NCBI GenBank assembly: GCA_049276695.1
Contig: JBASWX010000398.1
Coordinates: 1-47,739, forward strand
Length of the DNA: 47,739 bases
Source: Planctomycetota bacterium
GTDB taxonomy: Bacteria; Planctomycetota; UBA1135; UBA2386
Reading direction: 5' to 3'
Of the stretch, positions 1-8,394 are shown one piece after another; within the stretch, counting starts at the first letter, position 1; each line of letters begins with the position of its first letter. Made by a program: the position numbers and the translations under genes. The notes under the pieces are model-generated. The model made no database searches. It was not told the DNA's origin and was given only the letters and a program-made list of their open reading frames with translations.

Positions 1-312
1 CGGTTCGGGCGCCTGGCGACCCGACGTATGGTGTCGACGTCGGGCCGGCTGCTGCTGACCGAGGCTGCGATGCGCGCGATTGTCGACGACGACACTCTGG
101 CCGAGCAGATCCTGGCTGGTTGCAGCCGCTGCGCGATGTTCGAACCGTGGGGCCCGAACCGGCTGCGCCACAGCGCGGCGACGCGGCTGCGGCGCGAGGA
201 AGGCCTCGAGGCCGCACGCGTAGTGCTCGGTCACGCCCGCGCCGCGGTGACCGAAATCTACGCGGAAGCGGACCACGAACGCTCGCGTGCGATCATGGCG
301 CGGCACGGGTAG
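1..312 (+). CDS. Tyrosine recombinase/integrase, C-terminal fragment (5' end lies outside the window)
   Basis: The frame is open from nt 1. The C-terminal catalytic box reads NRLRHSAATRL...VVLGHARAAVTEIYAE (H-x-x-R ... H ... Y), as in phage-type integrases. It is paralogous to the C-terminus of the integrase at 6374-7588. Confidence 0.8.
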   Translation, partial: RFGRLATRRMVSTSGRLLLTEAAMRAIVDDDTLAEQILAGCSRCAMFEPWGPNRLRHSAATRLRREEGLEAARVVLGHARAAVTEIYAEADHERSRAIMARHG

Positions 313-426
313 AGTCGTAGGAGCCGGGGCAGCGCGCGGTTATCTCCCGCGCGTGGCCAACCGCAGACCTCCGGCCCGCCCCGGCTGCCATCGTCTCGCG
401 GGGAGTCCGCAAGAGGAAGTCCGCTC

Positions 427-1374
427 GTGCCAAAGCCATCGTCGGCCTCACCGAATCTGCTCGCAGTACCGCAGCGGGTCGAGCAAGCAGTCGTCGAGTT
501 CCGAGGGGCCCTGCTGCGCATGCAGGCGAAGTTCGCCCTCGAGCTGTCTCGCGACCTGTACGAGGCGATCGAGGGCAGCATCGAGCCGCCACCTCAGGGC
601 ATGTCCACGAGCGAGTGGCATCATTGGCTCCTTGGGGAAGCCATATTCCATCACGATGTCGATCCGCCAGACGCGCACTCCCGAGAGGCCGCGCGGCAGC
701 TGTTGCGGACGATCGGGGTCAGTGACCCCGACGGTGCACTTGCCTGTCAGGACGCGGGGCTGCAGCCCCTCAAGGCTCTCTGCAGCGCGCCGTGGCACTC
801 GGTGTTGACTCCGCTCCTGGAGGCTGTGAGGCGGCTCGCGATGGTGGCAGCTGCGCAGGAGCTGGAATCACCACACATCCGCTGCGCGGACGAGCTCGCG
901 ATGGTGTTGCAGAAGCGGTTGCGGGTGCGTCCGGACTCGGCCGACGTTCTCGAGCTAGTCAAGCCCGTCGAGGTGCTCGCCGAGCAGATGCTTCGCCTGG
1001 CGCACACACCGGCAGGGGCGCCGGGCGGAGATGTCACATCGCCGAAGCATGACTTCGTGATTGCCACTCTCCTGGTGCGGAAAGACATCGGCTACCTGCG
1101 GAACACCAAGGCCGTGAAGCGATTCGCGCAGGAGAACGACGTTCCGATCGAGCAGAAGGCTCGGCGTTGCTTGATCGAACACAAGGCGTTCGAGGCAGCA
1201 CGACGACGCTTCGATTCCAGAACCTTCCAGCACCTGGACAGCGTTCGGGCGGCGATCAATCACGCCCGGGTCTCAAGAAGTAAAGGCGCTACTTCCCTCG
1301 CTACTTCCGTCCGGCAACCGGAAAACCCAGCAACTGCGCTGGTCATAGAACGGCGACTACTTCCGTCAACCTGA
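427..1374 (+). CDS. Hypothetical protein
   Basis: 315-aa ORF with protein-like composition and high GC3 over most of its length. The last ~100 nt have low GC3 and contain a repeated motif, so the true 3' end is uncertain. Confidence 0.55.
   Translation: MPKPSSASPNLLAVPQRVEQAVVEFRGALLRMQAKFALELSRDLYEAIEGSIEPPPQGMSTSEWHHWLLGEAIFHHDVDPPDAHSREAARQLLRTIGVSDPDGALACQDAGLQPLKALCSAPWHSVLTPLLEAVRRLAMVAAAQELESPHIRCADELAMVLQKRLRVRPDSADVLELVKPVEVLAEQMLRLAHTPAGAPGGDVTSPKHDFVIATLLVRKDIGYLRNTKAVKRFAQENDVPIEQKARRCLIEHKAFEAARRRFDSRTFQHLDSVRAAINHARVSRSKGATSLATSVRQPENPATALVIERRLLPST
1289..1367. repeat. Three direct copies of CTACTTCC(GTC)
   Basis: CTACTTCC occurs at 1289-1296, and CTACTTCCGTC at 1301-1311 and 1357-1367. 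They sit in a locally low-GC3 patch just upstream of the small HTH gene at 1408. Confidence 0.5.
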
Positions 1375-1407
1375 GCACAGCGTCACGCGGCGGAACAATC
1401 CGCTCCC

Positions 1408-1788
1408 GTGACGATCACCACTGAACACCGAGAGACGCCGGCGACCCTCGCCGAGTTTTACGCCCTCAAGTACGTTTCCGATCGGCTACCCAAGCGGGCA
1501 AACGGGAACCGCCTCCACCCGAAGGTGGTGGTTCGCTGGGCGATCCAAGGCTGCCAAGGCGTGCGGTTGCGCTTCATCGCCGCCGGTCGACAGAAGCTGA
1601 CGTGCGACGCGTGGCTGTTCCAGTTCCTTGACGAGGTTGCGCGGGCGCAGCAGTCGAAAGGCGCGGCGCCCCCGCCCCGCGCTGGCCGTAGCTGCCCCGG
1701 GGCGGCGCCTGCAGCAACTCGCCGCAAGTCGACGCAAGAGCAACTCACTGCGTTCGGGTTCCGGGCCCGCGGAGGCAACGGCCCGTGA
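1408..1788 (+). CDS. Small DNA-binding protein (DUF1580-like / excisionase-like HTH)
   Basis: The N-terminal segment TLAEFYALKYVSDRLPKRANGNRLHPKVVVRWAIQG...LRFIAAGRQKLTCDAWLFQFL resembles the short HTH proteins found beside integrases. It has a paralogue at 7678-8217. Its stop overlaps the next start (GTGA). Confidence 0.55.
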   Translation: MTITTEHRETPATLAEFYALKYVSDRLPKRANGNRLHPKVVVRWAIQGCQGVRLRFIAAGRQKLTCDAWLFQFLDEVARAQQSKGAAPPPRAGRSCPGAAPAATRRKSTQEQLTAFGFRARGGNGP

Positions 1789-3437
1789 CACGGCGCATCC
1801 GGATGTCGGTCGCACTACCAGCGGCAGAGCACAACGGCGTCGCGCACAGTCCATCGCACGACCTCGCCGCGGAGCGGAACGTGCTCGGCTCGATGCTGCT
1901 GCACACCGACGCCGTAGCGGAAGTCATGGCGATCGTGCGGCCGACCGACTTCTACTTGTCGCGACACCAAGTCATCGCCGCCGCGATCGCGAAGGCGCAT
2001 GCCAGCACCGGGCAGTCGGATCTGATCACCGTCGCCCACGCGCTGCGGCAGTGCGGGCGCCTCGACGACGCAGGCGGCCACGCGGAGCTGATCGACCTGC
2101 TCGACGGCGTCGTTACCGCCGCTGGCGTCGCCTACCACGCGGAGATCGTTCGGGACCACGCCCAACGACGCCACCTGATCCATGTCGCGGGTCGCGCTCT
2201 GACCGACGCGGCGGACGGCGCGACCACCGAGGACTTGCGTGCCCTGCTCGCCGCGGCGGCCAAGGACAGCAGCAGCACACGACGCCAGGCGCGCGTGCTG
2301 CTCTTGCCCGAAGTCGTCTCGCTACGGGAAGTCGAGTTCGTCATCGACGGCATGCTCCCCATTGGCGTCGGCTTCCTCGTCGGGCCGTCGAACGTCGGCA
2401 AGACCGCGGTCGCCGTCGACTGGGCGATGCGCGTCTACTACGGCCACAACTGGCACGGGCGCTGCGTCCGAGCGGGCAGCGTGCTCTACGTCGTGGGCGA
2501 GGGCATGACCGGGTTCGGTGCCCGCTGCGAAGCGTGGCCAATCGCGAACGGTGCGCGCGAACCAGGCGACCGCTACGTCGCTGTTGCTAACGGCCTGCCG
2601 CCGCTGTCTTCCCCCACCGGCCGGACCGAGCTCGCTGGCATCGTCGCTGATCTGGCGCGGCAGCATGGGCACCCGCCCACGCTGGTCGTCATCGACACCC
2701 TGTCGGCGCACTGGGCCGAGAGCGAGGACCGGTCGGAGTTCGCGGCCCCCGCAATGGCAGCGTTGGCACAACTCGCTGCAGAGCACAGCTGCTGTGTCCT
2801 CCTCCTGCATCACGAAAGGAAGCCCACCGAGAACGCCCGCGGCGGCGACCTGGCGGCGCTGCGCGGCAGCGGCGCATGGGCCGCGGCTGCCGACTTCGTC
2901 CTGGCGGTGAGCGGCAAGCCCGACGCCATCCAGCTGGCGACCATCAAGCAGCGGGATGCAGAACGGGCAGCGCCGATCCGGCTGCGTCTGCAGCGCGTCG
3001 AACTCGGGGTCGGCCAGCAGAACCGGCCGAGGGCCTCCGTCGTCGTTCTGCCAGCGATGGACTCTCCGGCTCCACGGCTGGAGGACGAGGGCATGCACAA
3101 GCGCGCGGCCGCCGACGCCTACCGGTTCGCCGTGCTGCGTACCGTCGCCGACAAGGGCGGCAAGGTCGCGTCTGGCAGGACGATCGTCGACAACACCGAG
3201 GGGCGGAATGCCTCCCTGTTCGCCGCCATCAAGGAGGCCGTCGCTGCCGGCGAACTGGTTCCTGACGGCGACGGCTATCGACTGACCGAGGCCGGTGCCG
3301 CAGCCGCTTCCCGTCCTGGTCCCCCCCTTCGGGGGGAGGGAACCAGGGAACCGGGAAGCAGTGGTGCTGCCCGGGGTTCCCGGGAACCGGAGGGAACCAG
3401 CGGGAACCAGTCGGACTGCAGCGAGGGCGGCGGATGA
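1785..3437 (+). CDS. Replication protein: DnaB N-terminal domain fused to a RecA-like (AAA_25/RepA-type) ATPase
   Basis: The DnaB-N signature is ERNVLGSMLLHTDAVAEVMAIVRPTDFYLSRHQVIAAAI...GGHAELIDLLDGVVTAAGVAYHAEIVRDHAQRRHLI. Walker A is LVGPSNVGKT and a Walker B-like segment is LVVIDTLSAHW. Confidence 0.8.
   Translation: MTRRIRMSVALPAAEHNGVAHSPSHDLAAERNVLGSMLLHTDAVAEVMAIVRPTDFYLSRHQVIAAAIAKAHASTGQSDLITVAHALRQCGRLDDAGGHAELIDLLDGVVTAAGVAYHAEIVRDHAQRRHLIHVAGRALTDAADGATTEDLRALLAAAAKDSSSTRRQARVLLLPEVVSLREVEFVIDGMLPIGVGFLVGPSNVGKTAVAVDWAMRVYYGHNWHGRCVRAGSVLYVVGEGMTGFGARCEAWPIANGAREPGDRYVAVANGLPPLSSPTGRTELAGIVADLARQHGHPPTLVVIDTLSAHWAESEDRSEFAAPAMAALAQLAAEHSCCVLLLHHERKPTENARGGDLAALRGSGAWAAAADFVLAVSGKPDAIQLATIKQRDAERAAPIRLRLQRVELGVGQQNRPRASVVVLPAMDSPAPRLEDEGMHKRAAADAYRFAVLRTVADKGGKVASGRTIVDNTEGRNASLFAAIKEAVAAGELVPDGDGYRLTEAGAAAASRPGPPLRGEGTREPGSSGAARGSREPEGTSGNQSDCSEGGG
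3338..3408. repeat. Iteron-like GGGAACC array (candidate replication origin) inside the 3' end of the replicase gene
   Basis: GGGAACC occurs at 3338, 3346, 3382, 3392 and 3402, with a variant GGGAAGC at 3353 and an inverted copy at 3375 that forms the perfect 14-bp palindrome GGTTCCCGGGAACC (3375-3388). A C-run/G-run hairpin at 3320-3337 precedes the array. Confidence 0.6.
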
Positions 3438-4063
3438 CCACCCCCACCGTGCGGTTGCTCGGTTCGATCCTGCCGGCTATGTGGCCCTCGCGCGACGTCG
3501 TCCTCTCAACAGCCGCCGGCTCGACCGGCGGCGACGGCTCAGGTCTTCTGCTGCGCGACTGGGACGTCTGGCGCGGCACCGGCGAGGTTCCCGCGGATGC
3601 GCTCGTGCGCGGCCGTACTGGGCCAGACACTCGGCGGCATCGCCCACGAGCTTCGGTATCGCCTCCGCCGCCACCTGCGCCAGCCGGAGGCGGCATGCTG
3701 ACCAGCGAGAGCACCGTTTGGCGCCCGGTCCCGACGATCGACTTCCGCCGGCACCTGCGCTCGACCGCCGAGCACCACCTGCACGCCGTTGTCGACGAGG
3801 TCCTGGGGATCCGGGGCGGCAGCACCCTCGACCTGAGCCGCGGCGCCCCCGACGGCGCCGACCGGGCGACGCAAGCCCTGCTGGCCGTCCCGCAAGTGGG
3901 CACCTCGGTGCGCGCATCGAGCGACCCCACCACCAGGCCAGGACGGCTCGACGGCGGCCGGCGTCGCGACGAAGGGGACCACCGTGGTGACCCCACACCA
4001 ACTTCGCTGCCGACCGACGAGGTGCTCTGCCAGGCGCTGCGCAAGGAGAAGCCCGGTGATTGA
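3434..4063 (+). CDS. Hypothetical protein (low-complexity)
   Basis: The ATGA overlap with the upstream stop, the GTGA overlap with the downstream start, and the highest GC3 of the competing frames support coding. The sequence itself is uninformative. Confidence 0.4.
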   Translation: MTTPTVRLLGSILPAMWPSRDVVLSTAAGSTGGDGSGLLLRDWDVWRGTGEVPADALVRGRTGPDTRRHRPRASVSPPPPPAPAGGGMLTSESTVWRPVPTIDFRRHLRSTAEHHLHAVVDEVLGIRGGSTLDLSRGAPDGADRATQALLAVPQVGTSVRASSDPTTRPGRLDGGRRRDEGDHRGDPTPTSLPTDEVLCQALRKEKPGD

Positions 4064-5519
4064 CCCGCTGCTGGGGCTGAAGCTGGAAGGGCTGCGGCGC
4101 TGGACTGCCGAGCCGCAGCTGTTCGTGCGCGAGGTCTTCGGCGCCGAGCCGCACAGCTGGCAAGACCGCGAACTGATTGCCCTGCCCGAGCACAACCGCG
4201 TCGCGATCGCCGGCAGCAAGGGCTGCGCGAAGACATGCCTGGAAGCCTGGATCATCTGGTGGTCGATGGCGACGCAGAAGGACCTGAAGGGGGTTTGCAC
4301 CTCGATCACCGGCCCGAACCTGAAGGACGGGCTGTGGGCCGAGCTGGCGAAGTGGCTCGGTAAGTCGCCGCTGCTGCAGCGGCTGTTCAGCTGGTCGAGC
4401 CAGCGCATTACCCGCATCAGCTCGCCGGAGACCTGGTTCACGTCGGCGCGCACCTGGAGCCAGTCGGCCGATGCCAACACGCAAGCCCAGGCGCTCGCCG
4501 GCATCCACGGCGACAACGTGCTGTTCGTCATCGACGAAGCGGGCGGCGTGCCACCGGTGCTGCTGGCGACCGCCGACGCTGCCCTGGCGAACCAGCAGGA
4601 GGGCCACAACGCTCGCGTGCTGATCGCCGGCAACACGACATCGCCCAAGGGCGCGCTGTACCAGGCGGTGACGAAGCAGCGGACGAAGTGGCGCTGCGTG
4701 CGCGTCACCAGCGACCCGGACGATCCCGACCGCACGCCGGCAGTCAGCATCGAGTGGGCGCGCGAACAGATCGCGATGCACGGCAGGGACAACCCCTGGG
4801 TGCAGATCAACGTGTTCGCCGAGTTCCCGCAGTCGGCGATGGGCCGGCTGCTGTCGCTCGCCGATCTCGAGGCCTCGGCCGCCCGCGTCGTCGACGACGA
4901 CCCGAGCCTGCCGGTGGTGATCGGCGTCGACGTCGGCATGGTGCAGGACGCTGCCGTGCTCTACCCGCGCCGGGGTCGGCTGCTCATGGAACCGAAGGTG
5001 ATGCGCGGCAAGAACAGCATCGTGATCGCCGCCGAGCTCGTGCGCTTGGCAGGGGACCTGGACGCGGCGGCGGTGTTCATCGACGCCGGCGGCCCGGGGC
5101 TCGGTGTCATCGACCAGGCGCGCGCGCTCGGCCTGCAGGTCGTGCCGGTGTACTTCGGCGGCGACGCGGACGACCGGGGCCGCTACGCGAACAAGCGCAT
5201 CGAGATGTATGTGCGCGGGGCGACGTGGATCAAGGAAGGCGGCGCGATCGGGGCCGACTGTCCCGAGCTGGTGCAGGACCTTGAGGCGCCCGAGGTCGGG
5301 TGGAACGAGAAGGGCCAGCAGTTGCTCGAGCCGAAGAAGCTGGTCGCCGAACGGCTTGGCCGCTCGCCCGACTGGGGTGATGGCTTCGCGCTGACGTTCG
5401 CGTACCCGGTGTCGTCAGGGGCGAAGCGAGAAGACGACGCAACGCCGCAGCAGATGGGCAGCCGGCTGCTCCGGGGCGGCGAGCCGACGGGTTGGGATGA
5501 GTTCGGGCACGGTGGATAA
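4056..5519 (+). CDS. Phage terminase large subunit-like protein
   Basis: Walker A-like VAIAGSKGCAKT and Walker B VLFVIDEAGG are present. The C-terminal RNaseH-like nuclease acidic motifs are VVIGVDVG and AVFIDAGGPG. I prefer the GTG start at 4056 because the track start at 3984 adds an Arg/Cys-rich junk extension. Confidence 0.75.
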   Translation: MIDPLLGLKLEGLRRWTAEPQLFVREVFGAEPHSWQDRELIALPEHNRVAIAGSKGCAKTCLEAWIIWWSMATQKDLKGVCTSITGPNLKDGLWAELAKWLGKSPLLQRLFSWSSQRITRISSPETWFTSARTWSQSADANTQAQALAGIHGDNVLFVIDEAGGVPPVLLATADAALANQQEGHNARVLIAGNTTSPKGALYQAVTKQRTKWRCVRVTSDPDDPDRTPAVSIEWAREQIAMHGRDNPWVQINVFAEFPQSAMGRLLSLADLEASAARVVDDDPSLPVVIGVDVGMVQDAAVLYPRRGRLLMEPKVMRGKNSIVIAAELVRLAGDLDAAAVFIDAGGPGLGVIDQARALGLQVVPVYFGGDADDRGRYANKRIEMYVRGATWIKEGGAIGADCPELVQDLEAPEVGWNEKGQQLLEPKKLVAERLGRSPDWGDGFALTFAYPVSSGAKREDDATPQQMGSRLLRGGEPTGWDEFGHGG

Positions 5520-5537
5520 CCTGGAGACCACGACGCA

Positions 5538-5753
5538 ATGAAGAGCCACGAAGCAATGAGGAGCCACGCAGCGGCCGATCTGTTTCCGCTTCTCGCCGCC
5601 GACGAGTTCGTCGCTCTGAAGCGGGACATCGCCGGGCATGGCCAGCGCGAGCCGATCGTGGTCGTCGAAGGTATCCTCGTCGACGGAGAAGGAATGCAGA
5701 GGCCCCCCATACTCCGCCAGCCCCTCGCTCTCGGCTCCCTGGAGGTCCGCTGA
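5538..5753 (+). pseudogene. ParB-like nuclease N-terminal domain fragment (truncated or frameshifted)
   Basis: AADLFPLLAADEFVALKRDIAGHGQREPIVVVEGILVDG matches the start of ParB-like/sulfiredoxin-fold phage proteins. It lacks the following DGR(H/N)R..A core and ends after 71 aa. Confidence 0.5.
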
Positions 5754-6127
5754 TGGGGCGCAGACCTGCAAAACAGGCGGGATCAGGTCGGCGGCCGAAC
5801 GGCACATTCGCTGCGGGCAACAGCGGCAATCCGGCAGGCCGCCCCCGACGGCCTGACTTCGCCTTGCTCGTTGCCGAGCATCGTGGTTCGACGTTGACGG
5901 ACTCGTTGCTCCGTGTGTTCGATGTCCTTGTGAAGCGCGCGATGAGGGGCGACGTGCACGCCGCGAAGTTGCTGCTCGATCGGGTCTGCGTTCATCCTTC
6001 TGTGCAAGAGGACGCCAGTGACGGCCAGACGTTCGACGATCTGCTGCTGGCAGCGATGGGCAGGCCCATCAACCCCGGCGGACCTGGCGCGGGCGAGCAC
6101 GCGACGAAGGGCGACAAGGCCCGGTGA
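5753..6127 (+). CDS. DUF5681-like phage protein
   Basis: The N-terminal motif FAAGNSGNPAGRPRRP is characteristic of this small phage-associated family. Its start overlaps the stop of the ParB-like fragment. Confidence 0.55.
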   Translation: MGRRPAKQAGSGRRPNGTFAAGNSGNPAGRPRRPDFALLVAEHRGSTLTDSLLRVFDVLVKRAMRGDVHAAKLLLDRVCVHPSVQEDASDGQTFDDLLLAAMGRPINPGGPGAGEHATKGDKAR

Positions 6128-6373
6128 TCACCGCCTGCTGCGAGGGAATCGAGGGGCCAGCAGTGCAGAGCGGCCGTGGCAGGCGTCGCGGTGTCGGCAG
6201 GCGGAGGTCCATCTGCGCGGCATGCCGGCCGAGCGCCGATGCCGCTCTGTTTCGGCGCGAGGGCGTTGTGGCGATCCAGATCACGACCGCGCCGCCAGCC
6301 GCTACCCGGCGGCGCGAGCGTTGCGGGCCAGCGGCCGCCTGTTCAGTCGCATTGCTGCCCGACCGCACGTTGC

Positions 6374-7588
6374 TCATCCATGTTTCGCTGCCGTTGCCCG
6401 CGCGACATCCACGTCGGCGGTGGCGGCGTACCGCTGGGTCATCTGCATGTCTTGATGTCCGAGCACGGCCTTGCACGCCTCGAGGCCGGCTTCGAGCGCG
6501 ATGCGTCTCGCCGCCGCATGCCGCAACTGGTGCGGTGACCAGCAAGGAACGCCCGCGTCGTCGCAGGCGCGATGGATCGCCTTGCGGTAGGCGTCCACGC
6601 CGTAGAACTGGCCGACGTACGGCCTCTTCTTCTTCGACCTCCGGTCGCGGTCCCTCGTCTGCTTGGTGATCGGCGTCTTCCGGTCTCGTCGCTTTCTCTC
6701 CTTCAGCGCGACGACCGCGTCGACTGGCGAGATCAGGGCAGCGTCGGGATCCACCTTCAGCAGCGGCGTCAGCACCTCCTGCGCCTTCGGGCCAAGCCAC
6801 GCCATCCGTTCGAGCCCCCGCCACACGCCCTTGTGCTTCGCCGGTCGGTAGAGCCACATGTCCGGGAACATCTCGATCTGACCGCGGGTGATCTGGAGCG
6901 CCTCTGTCGGCCGAAGACCCGTGTACCACTGCAGCAGAACCGCTGCGCGAAGTGGCGGCAGCAGGTGGGGAAGGGCTGGCTCAACCATGCCCCAAGGCAC
7001 CGGCTGGACGGGCACCGATTCCCGCACCCCTCCTCGACCAGCGGTGAGTCCACGCAACGACGAGAGCTGATGCCAGGTCGCCGCCGGCACCGCTTCGATC
7101 TCGGCACCCCACCGGAAGATCGCCTTGCACCGCCGGATGGTCCCGTTGATCGTCTTGCGGCAATACCGACCGCAGTCGACGAGCCGTTGCCGAACGGCCA
7201 GCAGGTCGGTCACCGAGAACTGGTCGACGTGCGCGTCCCCGAACAGCTCGAGGAGGGGACGAAGCGACCCGGTGTAGCTGCCAACTTCTCGCCCGACCCG
7301 TTGGTCGGGATCGCGGTAGAAGCGGCGGGCGTGGACCAGGAACTCGGCAGCGAGCTGGCTGACGGTCGGCCAGCTGCTCCGCTGCCGAATCCGCGGCCGG
7401 AGCCGGAGCAGCTTGCCGGCGAGCAGGTCGGCCAGAACCTCCTGGTAACGCTCCTGCGCTTCCATGGAGCCATGACGGCCCAGGTAGATGGTGCGGCGGC
7501 GGCCATCGGGATCGCGCACCGAGACTGCGCCCTGGCCGCTGGACTTGTGAAGGAAGGGAGTGGAAACGGAAACCTGCGACCTGTTCAT
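6374..7588 (-). CDS. Tyrosine recombinase/integrase
   Basis: The catalytic residues are TGLRPTEAL (R), HQLRHAAARR (H-x-x-R) and VLGHQDMQMTQRY (H...Y). I prefer the start at MNRSQVSV (ATG at 7588) because the upstream 123 codons of the track ORF are Arg-rich junk. Confidence 0.85.
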   Translation of the reverse strand: MNRSQVSVSTPFLHKSSGQGAVSVRDPDGRRRTIYLGRHGSMEAQERYQEVLADLLAGKLLRLRPRIRQRSSWPTVSQLAAEFLVHARRFYRDPDQRVGREVGSYTGSLRPLLELFGDAHVDQFSVTDLLAVRQRLVDCGRYCRKTINGTIRRCKAIFRWGAEIEAVPAATWHQLSSLRGLTAGRGGVRESVPVQPVPWGMVEPALPHLLPPLRAAVLLQWYTGLRPTEALQITRGQIEMFPDMWLYRPAKHKGVWRGLERMAWLGPKAQEVLTPLLKVDPDAALISPVDAVVALKERKRRDRKTPITKQTRDRDRRSKKKRPYVGQFYGVDAYRKAIHRACDDAGVPCWSPHQLRHAAARRIALEAGLEACKAVLGHQDMQMTQRYAATADVDVARATAAKHG

Positions 7589-7677
7589 CGCGCATCTCCA
7601 CCGCGTGGGCGGTGGCCTCATCGGGAGATGACGCCGACTGTTGCGCACAACTACTGCCGCAGCGAGGCTTGGCCGCC

Positions 7678-8217
7678 GTGATCGACGTGCGCACCGAGCA
7701 GCTGCTGCCGCTGAAGGACCTGCCCGGCTACCTGGAGTCACGCGGCTACGGCATTGCCGTGTCCATGCGTGTGGTCCGTCGGTGGATCCGCGTCGGCTGC
7801 GAAGGCGCCTGTCTTGAAGTCGTGCGAATCGACGGCGAGACCCTGACGAGTCTGGACGCGGTGCAGCGATGGGTCGCGGCGCAGAACCCGCAGGGCGGTC
7901 GAGACCAACCGGCGAAGGCCGAGCCCGTTCCCCACGACGCCACCCCCGAGCACACAAACAGCATTCAGCTGCTGCGCGAACACCGGGTCGTGTCGACCGA
8001 TCTCGACAGGGTCGTGCACTCGCTTCCCGGCTTCACACGACCAGCCCTGGGCTACGCCGCTGGCCTGCTGTTTCGCGCCGGCCTTCGAAACCTCGAGGAC
8101 CTGCGAAAGCGCGGGTTGGACCGCATCCTGGCGATGGACGGTGTTGGTGCATGCACAACGAAGGTGGTGCGGGCGGTGTGGGACCAGCTGAACACCGACC
8201 GCACGGCAACCAGTTAG
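7678..8217 (+). CDS. DUF1580-like HTH protein with C-terminal helix-hairpin-helix segment
   Basis: LLPLKDLPGYLESRGYGIAVSMRVVRRWIRVG...LEVVRIDGETLTSLDAVQRWV parallels the ORF at 1408. The C-terminal LEDLRKRGLDRILAMDGVGACTTKVVRAVWDQL looks HhH-like. The gene is divergent from the integrase. The GTG start at 7678 is my assumption; the track start is 7612. Confidence 0.55.
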   Translation: MIDVRTEQLLPLKDLPGYLESRGYGIAVSMRVVRRWIRVGCEGACLEVVRIDGETLTSLDAVQRWVAAQNPQGGRDQPAKAEPVPHDATPEHTNSIQLLREHRVVSTDLDRVVHSLPGFTRPALGYAAGLLFRAGLRNLEDLRKRGLDRILAMDGVGACTTKVVRAVWDQLNTDRTATS

Positions 8218-8394
8218 CTGGCTACCCGCTGGCTGGGAGGGACTGACCCGTAGCCCGGCGGACCAGCTGGATCGTTCCGCCTCCACACCCGCCGACGGGC
8301 GAACTTCTTGCCGGCCTGAACTGGTGCGAGTCTACTCCCGCGGCTCGATCGTCGGCGTGCGACCAAGGACTCGTCGCCAAGTCGGCTTCGCCCA

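Larger units (their letters stand above)
1..6127 (+). mobile_element. Compact integrative module (integrase, HTH, DnaB-N/RecA-like replicase, large terminase, ParB-like fragment); satellite-like or degraded prophage
   Basis: All genes are co-directional and several are joined by overlapping stop/start codons. No capsid, portal or tail genes are recognisable. The left boundary is outside the window. Confidence 0.5.

Noticed and set aside
3229-4939. Minus-strand ORFs 3229-4236, 3477-4781 and 3539-4939, and plus-strand ORF 3295-3990
   Set aside because: They overlap the terminase and the coupled upstream ORF. Their translations are highly Arg/Pro-rich, and their wobble-position GC is lower than in the chosen plus-strand frames.
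6261-6340. GGGCGTT at 6261 as the missing 5' half of the tRNA (which would be attL next to the integrase)
   Set aside because: The following sequence (GTGGCGATCCAGATCACGACC...) cannot form D or anticodon arms and has no T-arm. The 7-mer match looks coincidental in GC-rich DNA.
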